Assembly (NCBI GenBank): GCA_004431415.1 | Contig: QPMI01000169.1 | Span: 62,001-126,000 of the forward strand | Direction: 5' to 3' | DNA from: Cyanophora paradoxa CCMP329 | Lineage: Eukaryota > Plantae > Glaucophyta | DNA length: 64,000 bases | Shown here: positions 50,658 to 63,446 of the stretch, piece by piece | Numbering within the stretch: the stretch's first letter is position 1 | Layout: each line of letters starts with the position of its first letter | Program-made: the position numbers and the translations under genes | The notes under the pieces: generated by a model | Told to the model about the DNA's origin: nothing | The model's database searches: none | The model's input: only the letters and a program-made list of their open reading frames with translations

Positions 50658-50893
50658 TACATTAAAGCGCGCTCCAGCGACCGCCCCCGCACTGGCAGCA
50701 AAAGTGTGCAAGGGGGGAGGGAGGGGCGGGGGGGTAGAGTGTGCAAGAGGCCCGCCAGCCACTGTACCCCCCGGTGGACCCTCAGCTACGTATACGTATA
50801 CGGATACGTACGCTCAATAGCTCAAGGTGGCACGCCGTCAGCCCGCGAAAAGCTAAGCTACAGCTACGGTCGCGCGCTGACGTCTTTACCGTA

Positions 50894-53857
50894 ATGCGTA
50901 CGCCGGGGAAAGCGAGCGGTGTGCGGCGCATCATCGAAAGATGGAGCTGGGCGGAGCAGCTGGCCCGGATTCTTCAATTGGCGAGGCACGACGTGCCATA
51001 CATGCTGATCGGCACGGGCGCCGCCGCCGTCTCATCGGGCTCGCTGCTGTACGTGCCCTGGATCGTGGGGCAGCTCGTCGACAAGCTCGGGAAGGGCGAC
51101 GACGGCTCCTGGGGGCTGATGCTCCTCGTCGTGCGCATGCTGCTCCGGCTCGCGTTCCCCTGTATCCAACGCGCACGTGCAGGCGCTGGCGTTCGTGGGC
51201 GCCCTCTCCGTCTTTCTCGAGACGTACTTCTTCTGGATGGGGAGCGCCCAGCTGGCGAACCGGCTGCGCAAGCAGGCGCGCGCGCCTCGCGACATCGCAG
51301 CGGCGACGCTGATGCGGGCGGGCAGATGTACGAGAGCCTGCTGGCGCAGGAGCTGGCCTTCTTCGAGGGGAAGGGGACGGGGGAGATCATGGCGGACCTG
51401 GGCGGGTCGGAGGCGATCCGGCACCTCGTGACGACGCACGTCTCCGCCATCGTCCGCCACGGCGTCCAGGTCCTCGGAGGCGCGGCCCCCGCCCCGCCCC
51501 GGCTCCCCGCGCGCGCCCCGGCCCTCTGGGAGGCGCGCGCGCGCGCCGACCGCCCGGCTCGCGCGCGCTCGCGCGCGCAGGCGTCGTGTGCCTCCTGCGC
51601 ATCTCGATTCCCCTCACGGCGGTCATCTGCGTGCGCCGCGCCTCGCCGCCGGAGGGTGCCGCCGCCCGGGCTCACGCGCGCGCGCGCGCTGGAGGCCAGG
51701 TGGCGGCGCCCCTCGTGTCGATCTCGGCGGTCGTCTACATGATGAAGGTCATGAACCGCCTGGGGACCACCGAGGGCGAGGCTTCGAACCGCTGCACCGC
51801 CTCCGCTTATGGTCCGGCCCCCAACGCACCCGGCCCAGCGCGCGCCCCGCCCCGCGCCGACCCGCTCGCCGGCCGGCAGAGAGCGTCGCCAACGCGCGGT
51901 GCGCGCGGCTCGGAGCTCGCGCTCGGCCCTCGCGCTTGAGCCCCGCCGCGCAGGACGGTGAAGGCGTTCTCGCAGGAGGGGCGGCACGCGCGGGAGTACG
52001 CGGCCCTCGCCGACGCCGCCTTCGCCCTCGGGCGCCGCGTCTGCGTCGGCTGGGCGTGCGCCCCGCTGACGTACCCCCCGTTGAGGGGGCGGGGCTTCCC
52101 TGAGAGGCGGCGCAGGGTGTACGACGGGGCGATCACGTGCGCGGCGACGCTGGGGGCGGCGCTGCTGGTGGCGGTCGGGGGCCGGCTGGTGGCGGCGGGG
52201 CGCCTCACGGCCGGCGACCTCTCTTCCTTCTTCCTCTACGCCTCCTTCACCGCCGTCTCCATCGGCCCGCCGCCCCTCCCCGGCCCCGCAGCCCCTCCAC
52301 CGCGAGGGCTGACGCCGCCGGCAGCGCTGCTGAGCCGCACGGTGGGCGAGTTCGCCCGCCAGCTCCGCGTCGCCCAGCGCGCCCTCCAGGCCCGCCCCGC
52401 CCCACGCCCCGCCCCGCCCCGCCTCTGACGTGGCGGCAGCTGCTGGAGCGGGTGCCGCGGCTGCCGTCGGCGCCAGGGAGCGGCCTGCGCCCCGCCTCCT
52501 GCGCCGGCTTCGTCGCCTTCGAGGACGGCCCGCCCCGCCCCCGCCCCGCCCCCGCCCCGCCCCTCCTCCTCCTCCTCCGCTCTGACGCGCGCCGCAGTGA
52601 GCTTCGCGTACGGCGCGGAGCGGGGCCCCGTGCTGCGCGGCGTGAGCCTCGCCCTCGCCCCGGGCCGCGTCACCGCCCTCGTCGGCCCCTCCGGCGGGTG
52701 CCCTTCCCCACCCTCCGCTCCGCACGCGCCGGGCCTCACGCGGGGCAGGGGCAAGACGTCCATCGGGTCCCTCCTCCTGCGGCTGTACGACCCGACGGGC
52801 GGGCGCATCACCCTGGACGGGTACCCCCTCACCGACCTCGACCCCTGCTGGGTCCACCGCGTGCGCCCCCCGCCTCGCCTCCCCTCGCCTCCCTCCGTGC
52901 GGGGCGCGTTGCTCAGCTGGAGCGGGGGCCAGCACTGCGCGCTGGTGAGCCAGGAGCCGGTGCTCTTCGGGTGCTCCGTGGCGGAGAACATCGCGTACGG
53001 CCTCGAGCGCCCGCCCGCGCCCGGCGAGGTCGAGGCCGCCGCCCGCGCCGCCAACGCCCACGACTTCATCCAGGCGCCCCGCCCCGCCCCCCAGCCCCTC
53101 TCCCCCCGGCTGACCTGCCCGCAGGCGATGCCCGAGGGGTACCGCACCCCCTGCGGCGAGCGCGGGTTCGCCCTCCCCTCCCCGTTCCGCCTCCCCTTCA
53201 GGCCTGAAAAGGGGCCCAGGGGCGGGCTCTCGGGGGGCCAGCGGCAGCGGATCGCGATCGCGCGGGCGCTGCTGCTCGACCCCCGCGTCCTCGTCCTCGA
53301 CGAGGCCCGCGTACCCCGCCCCGCCCCGCCCTTCTCTTCCCGTCTCTGCTTCGAGCGGCGGGGCGCATGCGTGCGCAGGCGACTTCGGCGCTGGACGCGG
53401 AGTCGGAGCACGCGGTGCAGGAGGCCCTCGCCCGCCTCATGGCCCACCGCACCGTCCTCGTGGCCCGTCCCCGCCCGCCCCGCGGCCCTGCTCCCCCGCC
53501 CCCCTCACCCCGCCCCCGCCCCTGCAGATCGCGCACCGCCTCTCCACCGTCCGGGCCGCCGACGAGGCCCGCCCCGCCCCGCCCGCCCTCTCCCGATCCC
53601 GCCCTAGATCACGAAGGCCGCGCAGGTGCTGGTGGTGGAGGCGGGGCGGGTGGTGGAGCGGGGCGCTCACGACGAGCTTGTCGCCCGCGGCGGCCTCTAC
53701 GCGAGGCGCGGCCCCCGCCGCTCGCACCTTGCTGTCGCCTCCCTCACGCGCGGCCGCCAGGCTGGTGCGGCGGCAGCTGCGGGAGGGGGACTGGCCGCGG
53801 GCGAGCCCCGCCGAGGGCGCCCCCCGGGCCGGGGAGGAGGAGGAGGAGGCGCTCTAG
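50894..53857 (+). CDS. ABCB-family half transporter (TAP/ABCB10-like; 19 exons)
   Basis: TM domain, then Walker A GPSGGGKT, Q-loop VSQEPVLF, signature LSGGQRQR, Walker B LVLDEATSALD and H-loop IAHRLST. Confidence 0.93.
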
Positions 53858-53976
53858 CAATTGCTCGCGAGTTCGTCGACGTCGGGGTTGAACAAAAGTA
53901 CAGAGAAAGGAAAGAGGGTTGCGTGTCGGGGCGGGTGCGGGTGGGGCAGGGGCGCGCGGGGGGGGCGGCCGGGCGC

Positions 53977-56900
53977 TCAGCGGAGGTCCTCGGCGATGGT
54001 GGCGAGGGCGCTGTCCTTGTCGACGGCGGTGATGTGGGAGAGGCGGTTGCGGTAGGAGACCATGTAGTGCCGGTCGGCCGCCTCGACGAACTCGGGGCGG
54101 AAGGTGGTCGTCACGAACTGGGCGCCCGTCTCCTCGCTCTGGCGCCCGATGACGCCGGCGACGGCGGTGCGGTACTGGGCGTCGAGCGCCGCGTCGATCT
54201 CGTCGAAGAGGTAGAAGGGGGCGGGGTCGCAGCGCTGGATTGCGAAGATGAGGGCCAGCGCGACGACCGTCTTCTGCCCCCCCGAGAGCTGCGAGAGCAG
54301 GTGCGCCTCGCTCGACCCCGCGAACTGAACCTGCGCGGGGGCTCAGCTCACGGGGCGAAGCGAGGCGGGCGCCGCCTCGGCCGCCTCGGCCCGCCCGGGG
54401 CACCTGGCAGCCGATGCCGGTGAACTGGATGACGGCCGGCTTGCGGGCCTGGGAGGAGGGCCCGGCCTCGGGCACGGCGGCGTCCTCGCCGCCGCTGCCC
54501 TCGTCGGCGGCGCCGGGGGCCTTGCGCTTGCGCTGGATGACGAGGCGGGCGCGGCCGCCGGGGACGATCTCGCCGAAGACCTCGGAGAAGTGCTGGGAGA
54601 CCTGCTTGAAGGTCCGCTCGATCGCCTCGTCCTTCTGTCGGTCCAGCGTCTCGATGAGCGACTCGATCGAGGCCGCCCCCGCCTCGAGCTCGTCGCGGCG
54701 GCGGACGAGGCCCTCCCGCTGCTCCTGGAAGCTCGCGTACTGGTCCAGCGCCTTCTTGTTCACGTGCGAGAACTCCTTCAGCTTCTCGTTCGCCTGCGCG
54801 GGGCCCTCAGCGGGGGGGCGGAGCGGTCAGCCGGGGGCGCCCGGGGGCCGCGCCTTGTGGAGCAGCCGGACGAGCTCCTTGACGGGCTTGTCGCGGAACT
54901 TCTCGGCGATCTGCGGCTTGGCGCCCAGCTCCCGCATCTTCCGCATGTTCTCGTCCAGCTTCTGCAGCACGAGGCCGCGCCGCGCCACCAGCCGCTCCAT
55001 GCTCTGCACCGGGAGTCAGCGGGCGCGGGAGCCGGGGGCCGCGCCCCGCGCGGCGCGCGCCTTCTGCTCGTCCTGGAGCCTGCGGGTGGCCTCCGCCTCC
55101 TTCGTCTTCGCCTCCTCCGCCTCCTCATGCAGCCGCCGCTGCTGCGCCGCCCGCCGCTCCACCTCCCCGTCGTTCTCTGCACCAACGTCGGCCGCGGCGC
55201 GCGGCGGGGCGGGCGCGCGGGGGCGGCGGGGCGGGGCGGGGCGGGGCGGGGCGGACCGCGGATGCGGGTGAAGATGGTCTCGGCGGCGGCGGCGGCGCGG
55301 GCGAGCTCGGCGCGCACCTGCGCGGGGTCCTCCTCCCGCGCCTCCGCCTCCAGCGCCTCCAGCTCGCGCCGCGTCTCCGCCGCCACGCGCCGCAGGTGGC
55401 TCTCCAGGCTCGTCTCCAGCCGCGTCTTCCGCACCTCCGCGTCCGTGCGCGCCCGCGTCGCCGCCGTCAGCTCCCGCGTGAGCGCCTCCACCTCCTCGTT
55501 GAGCCGCTTGAGCTGCGCCCGGTCCTGCCCCGAGAGGCCGGACAGCAGCTCCGTGCCCAGCTCGGCGCTCATCTGCGCCGCCGCCTGCTCCAGCTCGCGC
55601 GCCGTCGCCCGCAGCTGCGCCAGCATGCTCTCCTGCTGCTCGATGTCCCGCCGGCGCTCGGCGGCGCGGCGGACGGCCTGCTCGGCCTCGGTGCGGTTGG
55701 TGGTGGCGGAGAGGCGGAAGTCCTGCAGCTTCTGCTCCTCCCGCTGCGCCTCCTCCACCACCGCGTCGATGCGGCCGCCCAGCTCGCCCAGCGCCCGCTG
55801 CACCTTGTCCAGCTCGTCGCGGGCCTTCGCGAGCCCGGCCTCCGCCGCCTTGTTCTCCTCGTGGACGGCCATGCGCGAGGTGCGGTCGTCGCGGTAGCCG
55901 CCGACCATGGCGCCGCGGCGGTTGACGAGGTCGCCGTCGAGGGTGACGCAGTCGACGTCGAGCTCGCGGGAGAGGCGCGCGGCGACGTCCATGTTGCGGG
56001 CGACGAGCGTGCGCCCGAAGACCTGCTCGATCGCCGGCTGGAAGCGCGCCTCCCGCGCCTTCAGCTTCGACGAGAAGAGCACCGCGTCCTCCGACTGCCC
56101 CGCCCCCCAACGCGTCGGCGCGGCGCGGGGACCGGGGCGGGGCGGGGCGGGGCGGGGCGGGGCGGGGCCGGGGCTGGGGGCGCACGCCGCTGAACTTGAA
56201 GGGCTTGGCGTGGAGGCGGTTGAGGGGCATGATGGAGAGGCGCCCGGCCTTCCTCTTCTCGAGCTCGGCGATGATCTTCGCGGCCGTCTCGTCCGTGTCG
56301 ACGACGAGGTTGAAGAGCGCGTTGCCCGCCACCGCGTCGATCGCGTTCCGGTAGCGCGTCTCCGCCGCGAACACGTCCGCCACCGTCCCGTACACCCCCT
56401 TCAGCTTCATCCCCTCCACCGCCTTCAGCGCCCGGTGCGCCGTCTGCCGCCCCGCCCGCCCCGTCAGCCGCGCCTCCGCCACGCCGCGCGCGAGGGGTTT
56501 GGGCGGCGCACGTGGCCCATGGCGCGGATGAGCTTGTCGTGGGCGCGGCGCAGGTCGGCCTGGTACTTCTCCACCTCCGTCTCCAGGTCCGTCTGCCGCC
56601 CCTGCAGCGCCCTGCCCCGCCCCGCCCCCCGCTCGGCCCCGCCCCGCGCGGGGGCGTGAGCGGGCCGCACCGGCGCTCGTTCTGGAGGCCGTCGCGCAGC
56701 TGCCGCTTCTCCTGCACCGCCCGCTCCGCCTTCTCGATCATCGGCTGTGTGACGGCGTCAAGGCCCTGCCGGTGCGCAGGGGGCGGGCGGGGGCGGACGG
56801 CGCGCTGCTGGGCGACGCCGCGGCGGGTCTCGCCGTCGGCCTCCGCCGCCTCCGCCTCCCGCTTCAGCCGCGCGATCTCCCCCTCCGCCTCCTTCACCTG

Positions 56901-58906
56901 CGCCCCCGTCGCGTCGGCCCCGCGGAGGGCCTGCCGGGGGCAGCGCACGGATTTGGCGTTGCGGGCGGTGTTCTCTTTGATGCGCTTGAGCTGGTCCTTG
57001 AGGAACGCGTCGCGCTCCTCCTTCGTGCTGAACTGGTGCTGCCGGCTCTGCCGGTCGTAGTACCCCTGCACCTCCTTCCGCTTCTCGCTCAGCCGCCGCT
57101 GCAGGTCCGCCTCGCGCTGCACCGCCGCCGCGTGCGCCGGCGTCGCCTGCTGCAGCTCCCGCTCCTCCCCCGCAATCTTCCCCTTCAGCTCCGCCTCCGT
57201 GGCCCGCAGCGCGTCCTGCCGGCAGCGCTCCCGCGTCAGCCCCGCCGGCGCGCGCCGGGGCCGGGGCGGCGGCGGCGCGCAATCTGGGCCTTGCTGTTCT
57301 TGACGCTCTCCTCCGCTTCCTTCACGTCGAGCTCCAGCTTCGCCCGCGCCTTCACCGCCTCCACCTTCTCCCGCTCCCACTGCGCCCCCGCGTCAGGCCC
57401 CGCCCCGCCCCGCCCGCCGGCGCCGCCGCTCCGACCCACCATCTCCCGCTGCCGCCGGAAGCCGTCAATCTCGATCTGCAGCTCGGAGAGCTCCTGCGCC
57501 GGCGTCAGGCGCGGCGCGGCGCGCCAGCCCCGCGCGCAGGGGGCCCCGCGCCTTCTCGGCCCTCTTGTACGCGTCGCGGGCGGCGCTCTGCTGCTGCCGG
57601 AGCTCGCTCGTGCGCCCTGACTCCTTCGCACGCGTCTCGTCCAGCTGCCGGCGGCATCGGGCCCCGCGCGGCGCCCGGCGCGGAGCGGGGCGGGGCGGGC
57701 AGGGCCACCTCTTCAAGCTTGGTCCGCGCGTCGCGCTGGTCCTTGTCGTAGATCGTGTACTCGAGCCCGCGCCGCTCCTTGTCCGCTTTCTGCGTGCCGG
57801 CGTCGTCGGCTGAGGGAGCGGCGGGGTGTCCGAGACGGGGGCGGACCAGGTACTCGTTGAGCTCCTCCTTCTCCTTCTCGAGCTCCGCCAGGCGCTGCTC
57901 GATGTACGAGACCGACTCCGCAATCCGCTTCCGCCGCTCCTCTGCGCGGCGCCCCTCAGCGCGGCCCTCGGGGCCCGGCGGCCGGCCGGCGGACGGGCGC
58001 GCCGTTCTCGTGCATGAGCTTGAGGGACTGGGCGCGCTTCTCGTCGTAGACCTTGGTGCCGGCGACCTCCTTCAGCAGCTCCAGGCGGTCGCTGTCCTTC
58101 ATCGTCGCCATCGACGAGATCTGCCCCCCGCGCCGCCTCAGCCGGCGCCCGCCCGCCCCGCGCGAGGCGCCGGAGATTGCGCGCCTTGCCCTGCTGCACG
58201 ATGTAGTACGGGTTCGACTTGGAGAAGCCCGCCGTCTCGAGCATGTTCTGCACGTCGCTCCTCCTGCGCTCGCGTGAGGCGCCGCAAGAGCTGCGAGCCG
58301 GCTCTCCGCCTCGCGCACGAGACGTGCTTGCGGTTCAAGAACCACTCGTCCTTCTTGAGGCCGATCGTGCGCCGCAGCGACACCTCGTCCGTGTCCGTCT
58401 GCAGGGGCGCGCCTCTCAGTCCAACGCAAGCGCGAGTAGACAGAGCGGCGAACGGGGAAGCGGCTGTCGCTGTTGTCGAAAACGATTTCCACGAAGGCAG
58501 ACATCACCGCCATGCCCGCGCCTTCCTGCAACGAAGAATCAGATGCAGAATTCCGCAGAGAGCGCAGAGGGGGATGCGGTGCGCACGTGCAGGAGCTGCT
58601 GACGTTCCTCAGTCGAGAGGTGGCTGAAGAGATCGCCCAGCACGAAGCGAATGGCTGCGGGCGAACATGTAAAGCGCAGCGCGGCGCCCACGCCGCCTGC
58701 AAGCACGAATACGCGCTCACCGAAGAAGAAGTTCGACTTTCCTGACCCATTGCGACCCACTGCACGCGGCACAAGGCGTCAAAAGGGGCGGGGTGCGCGT
58801 TCGCTCTGAGCGCACCGACAACATTGTGATTCGGGGAGAAGCCCTCGACGATAACCTGGTCACGGTAGCTTCGGAAGCCCTGCAGGATCACCGTCTTGAT
58901 GTGCAT
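53977..58906 (-). CDS. SMC3: Cohesin subunit SMC3 (multi-exon)
   Basis: [43 protein letters not shown], hinge [44 protein letters not shown] and TTFRPE. Confidence 0.97.
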
Positions 58907-59105
58907 CTTCGCTGGCTCGTGCTGGTCCCGCTTGGCGCCAATTCAAGTTCTCGTCCGCGGCGCTCCAAGCGCTGGCGCCTGCTTCACTTGAACACGCTCC
59001 TCACTCGGCTGCGCCGGTGTTGGCTGCGGCTGCTCACTGGCTCGAATTTTGCCGCGCCCGCCGGGTACGAGGTCGACAGGGGGGAAGAAGCCGCCCGCAA
59101 ACCCG

Positions 59106-61169
59106 ATGCTCGGCCGAGCGGCGCGAGTCGCGCGAGGCGCACTCGCGGATGCGCATGCACGAGTAGCTAGCAAGGTGGCGCGCTGGCCGGCCAGCGCGCG
59201 CGGCGGGCGGCAGGCGGTCGCACCGCTCCCCGGCCAGCCCCTGCGGCGCGTGACGTCGAGCAGCGCGCCAACGCCTCCACATGCACCGCCGGATCGTAGC
59301 CAGGACGCCGAAACCATCATCTCCATCGACCGCTCGGGCCTGATCGGCGTCCACGGCCGTGCGTTGTTCCGGCCAGCGCGCCGCGCCCGCGGGCCGCGCC
59401 GGCGCGCTGACGGGGCGAGCGGGGCGACAGCGCACGCGCCGAACCCGAAGAAGTCGGCGGAGACGAAGCTGGCGCGGGTGCTCAAGCAGCGCATCCGGAT
59501 GCGGGGACCGATCTCGCTGGCGGACTACATGCGGGAGGCGATGACGCACCCGCTGTACGGCTACTACATGCAGCGCGACGTCTTCGGCGCCAGCGGCGAC
59601 TTCGTGACCTCCCCCGAGATCTCCCAGGTCTTCGGCGAGGTCCGCGCGCCCTCCCCGCGCCGGGCGCTCCGCGGCGCTCAGCGGCCGGCAGCTGGTCGGC
59701 GTGTGGGCGGTGGCGCTCTGGCAGCAGATCGGGTGCCCGAAGGAGCTGCACCTGATCGAGTGCGGGCCCGGGCGCGGCTCCATGATGGCCGACATCCTCC
59801 GGGCCCGCCCCCGCCCCCGCCCCGCCCCGCCCCGCCGCGCACGCTGCCTGCTGACGGGGCCGGGGCGCAGTGCGCGCGGAACTTCCCGGATTTCCGGGCG
59901 GCGATCCGGGTGCACCTGGTGGAGGCGAGCCCGGCCCTCCGCCGCATCCAGCGCGCCAACCTCACCGGCGGGCCCCCGCCCGCCGCCCCCGCCGTGCCCC
60001 CGGCGCCTGCGCGGCCGCCGAGGACGTCGCTGCTCTGCGGGCGGCGGCGGCCATGTCGCGCGGGGCGGGCGGCGGCGAGGGCGACGTGCCGGAGGCGGCG
60101 ACGACGCCCGACGGCGTGCCCGTCACCTGGCACTACGAGCTCGGCACCGTCCCCGACGGCGCGCCGCCCCCTCGGCTCCTCGCCTCTCCCGCGCGGCTCT
60201 GACGAGAGCGGGCGGGGCAGGGCCGACGGCGCTGGTGGCGCAGGAGTTCTTCGACGCCCTCCCCATCTACCAGTTCGAGGCGCGCCCGCCCCGCCCCCGC
60301 CGGCCCCGCCCCGCGTGACGGGGCGCAGCACACGGAGCGGGGCTGGGTCGAGCGCCTCATTGACGTCGACGACGGCGCCGGGTCCGCCCCGCCCCGTGCA
60401 GGCCCCCAGCGGCCTCGCTTGCGCCCCGGCTGAGCGCCCCGGCAGGCCGCACCACCTCCGCTTCGTGCTCTCCCCGGGCAAGTCGCCGGCGGCGGCGGCG
60501 CTGTTGGCGCCCCGCGCGGGGCGGCTGCCGCGGCCGAAGCGCGGGGAGCGGGCGTGGGTGGAGGTGTGCGCGGAGGGGGAGGCGGTGGCGGAAGCGATCG
60601 GGCGGCGGGTGGCGGAGCACGGCGGCGGCGCCCTCATCATCGACTACGGGGAGGACGGGCCCCAGTCCGACTCCCTCCGGGTCCGCCCCCGCCCGCCCGC
60701 CCCCACGCTCCCCTCGGGGCGGCGGCTGAGGCGGGGGCAGGCGATCCGGCGGCACGGGTTCGTGGACGCGCTGAGCGAGCCCGGGGAAGCGGACCTCTCC
60801 GCCAACGTCGACTTCTCCGCCCTCCGCGCCGCCGCCGAGGCGGCCGCCCCGGGGGCCGCCGGCTACGGGCCCCTCACCCAGCGCGACTTCCTGCTGGCGA
60901 TGGGCCTCCACGCCCGCGTGGAGGCGCTGCTCGCGGCGGCGGCGGACGACGCGCAGCGGGAGGCGATCGCGGCCGCCGCGAACCGCCTCGTCGACCCCGC
61001 CGGCATGGGCTCCCAGTACCTCGTCATGGCCATCGCCTCCCGCGCCGCCGGCGCCCCCGTCCCCTTCCCCAACACCCCGCCCCCCGCCCAGCAGCCCCCG
61101 GCATCGAGCTCCCCGGGCCCCGCCGCCCCTGCATCCCCGCTTGGCCCCTCCCCCGCCTCGAAGCGGTAG
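59106..61169 (+). CDS. NDUFAF7: Mitochondrial protein-arginine methyltransferase NDUFAF7/MidA
   Basis: GPISLADYM, GYYM..VFG..GDFVTSPEISQVFGE, ECGPGRG, AQEFFDALP, LIIDYG, PGEADLSANVDF and RLVDPAGMG. Confidence 0.95.
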   Translation: MLGRAARVARGALADAHARVASKVARWPASARGGRQAVAPLPGQPLRRVTSSSAPTPPHAPPDRSQDAETIISIDRSGLIGVHGRALFRPARRARGPRRRADGASGATAHAPNPKKSAETKLARVLKQRIRMRGPISLADYMREAMTHPLYGYYMQRDVFGASGDFVTSPEISQVFGEVRAPSPRRALRGAQRPAAGRRVGGGALAADRVPEGAAPDRVRARARLHDGRHPPGPPPPPPRPAPPRTLPADGAGAQCARNFPDFRAAIRVHLVEASPALRRIQRANLTGGPPPAAPAVPPAPARPPRTSLLCGRRRPCRAGRAAARATCRRRRRRPTACPSPGTTSSAPSPTARRPLGSSPLPRGSDESGRGRADGAGGAGVLRRPPHLPVRGAPAPPPPAPPRVTGRSTRSGAGSSASLTSTTAPGPPRPVQAPSGLACAPAERPGRPHHLRFVLSPGKSPAAAALLAPRAGRLPRPKRGERAWVEVCAEGEAVAEAIGRRVAEHGGGALIIDYGEDGPQSDSLRVRPRPPAPTLPSGRRLRRGQAIRRHGFVDALSEPGEADLSANVDFSALRAAAEAAAPGAAGYGPLTQRDFLLAMGLHARVEALLAAAADDAQREAIAAAANRLVDPAGMGSQYLVMAIASRAAGAPVPFPNTPPPAQQPPASSSPGPAAPASPLGPSPASKR

Positions 61170-61547
61170 CTACTAGCTAGCGCCGTAGCGTTGGTTTCCA
61201 TTTGCATTTGATTCTCTTCGAATTCGGCGCCGCGCCCACGTTGAAGCTTGGTTGCCCTTACCCCCCGACCGCTTCTCCCCCCACATCCAAAATTCGAAGC
61301 GACGGCGCGCGGTCTTGAGAGCCGGCGGATGGGATGCCGCGGCCGCGCGAGATGGCGCGCGCGATGCGTTTTGGCGCACGGTCGCAGGAGGCAGCTTGGC
61401 AAGGCCGGCAGCAGCGGCGACATCACTTCAAGGCGAAACTGCCGCCCTGCGTTCAACGTTTGCAGCACCGGTCGCACCAGCACCAACCTGCAACTTCGGA
61501 AGCGATCTCACGGCTAGCACCGAGATAGCCGGCACGCGAGCTCAGAG

Positions 61548-62709
61548 ATGGAGCTGATCCGGGTGCGGTCGGAGCCGACGTGTAGTCTTCGCGGGCAACT
61601 GCCGCTGCGGCTGCGCCTGCCGTCCGGCAAGCCGCAGCACTACGGCTTCGTCAGCGACCTCGCCGTCGTCTTCGGATGCGTGCGCCGCTCCCCGCCCCAC
61701 GGTCGCCGCAGCGCGGCTTGACAGCGCCCCGCCGGCCGCGCAGTCGCCGAAGGAGCTGCAGGCGCTGGCGACGAAGGCGGGCCACCGGCCCGTCGTGGCG
61801 AAGCTCGAGGGCGCGCCCGACGCGGCGGCGGCCGGGGGCGCCGCGGCGCCGCAGCTGGCGCTGGCGTGGCCGGCGGTGCTGGAGCTGCTGCCGCTGCTGG
61901 AGGGCCGGCGCGGGCCTCGTGGATGCGCGAGCTTTCCTTCAAGAGCTACGCCCTCGCCCTCCTCAAGATGCACAAGGCCGAGGAGGACGCCGCCGCCGCC
62001 GCCGAGCGCTCCGGCGCCCTCGCCGTCCCCGCGGGGGCCCCAGGGAGGCCTGGGCCGCCGCCGCCCAGCGCGTGCGCCACGCCCCGCCCCGCCTTCGCCC
62101 CGCCCGACCCCGGCCGACGCCCCGCACAGGCCGCGGCGGGGAGCCCGCCGCCCGGAGCGGCTCCCGCCCCTGGCTGGGGCCCCCCAGGGCCGGCGGCAGG
62201 GGCGGCGGCGGGTGCGGCGGCGGTCCCTGCGGCGGGGCCGGGGCCGGGGCCGGCGGGGGAGCTGCCGGAGCCGCTGGTGCACCGCGCGCTGACCCTCGAG
62301 GAGCGCCTCACCGCCGAGCGGTCCGCCGCCCCGCCCCCGCCCCGCCAGGCCCGGCGTGAAGGGGTGCGGGGGCGGCAGGCTGATGGCGAAGCTGGGGGCA
62401 CGGGGCCACAACCTGCACGACCAGCTGAAGGACGCCGAGGCGCGCTGCCTCGTCGGCCGCCACACCATGGACCGCCTCCGCAAGGCCCGCGCCCCCGACA
62501 CGCCCCCCCCCCTCCCACTGCCCCAGCGGGGCCTGACGGGGCGGGGGCAGGCGCAGCAGACGGGGAACCTGGCGGTGCACAGCGGGAACACGGTCTTCTT
62601 CAAGGGGGCCGGGGGCCGGGCGCGGGCGAAGGAGGCGCGGCGCAACATCGAGTACTTCGAGGCCCGCCTCCGCGCCGCCGAGGAGGAGGCCCTCCGCGCC
62701 CGGCCCTAG
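61548..62709 (+). CDS. Hypothetical protein (multi-exon; apparent frame discontinuity near 61905)
   Basis: Coding-like GC3-rich exons bounded by the local intron signals, e.g. MELIRVRSEP..YGFVSDL, WMRELSFKSYALALL and NIEYFEARLRAAEE. No family recognised. Confidence 0.55.
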
Positions 62710-63446
62710 GGTCCCGAGGCCGCCCAGGGCGCGAGGAGGCGGAGCCCATGTGTACCATAGCTGCTTTTTCCACGGTCGAGGGTTTCTGTGATCGTGAGTG
62801 TACATGCTCTATCGGTGACCGGGATTAAATACTGCCGAGCCGCCTCGCAGGCTATTTCAGGGCCGGGGCTCAGATCCGGGCTCTAGATCTAGAGCATTTG
62901 CACAGCCTGGCAGTGCAGCTCATGATCGATCATGATCAGCCGCTGAATAGCTGCAGCTCATGATCAGCGGTTACGCGTTCACTGAGTCTCTGAAGGGCGG
63001 GGGCGGCCGCGGCAGCAACCGTTGAACTGCCGCAGTGCGCAGCACCGCCGGCCCGTTCACGGTGGCACCTGCCGAGCCTCCCCGGGGGGGGCCGCCGGGC
63101 CCAGTGGCCGAGACTCACGGGGCCCTCGGGCCCGGGGCCAGGCCGCTGAAGCCTCGGAAGCTGGCATGCCCTCAGGGCCTGTAAGTCGACGTCTAGACTC
63201 TGATATTAAGTTTAGATCTAGCCTCAGGGCCTGTCTACGTCATGCCCCCGGGCCCCCGGCGTTCACGGTTGTGATCATGATCAGCGCATCCGGATCCTGT
63301 GTTCCTCGAGCTGAGCTGACGTCTACAGCTACCCCACTAACCTGCGGGCTAGGTCTAGGACTGGGCGGCCTAGGTCTAGGTCTAGGTCTATATATAGCTA
63401 GCTAGGCCGCCCAGCGGGGCGGCAGGCGATCGCGCGAGGCGCGCGG

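Noticed and set aside
39162-58906. SMC4 and SMC3 within 10 kb as a chromosome-structure cluster
   Set aside because: They are ancient paralogues separated by four unrelated genes, with no evidence of co-regulation. Likely coincidence unless synteny is conserved.
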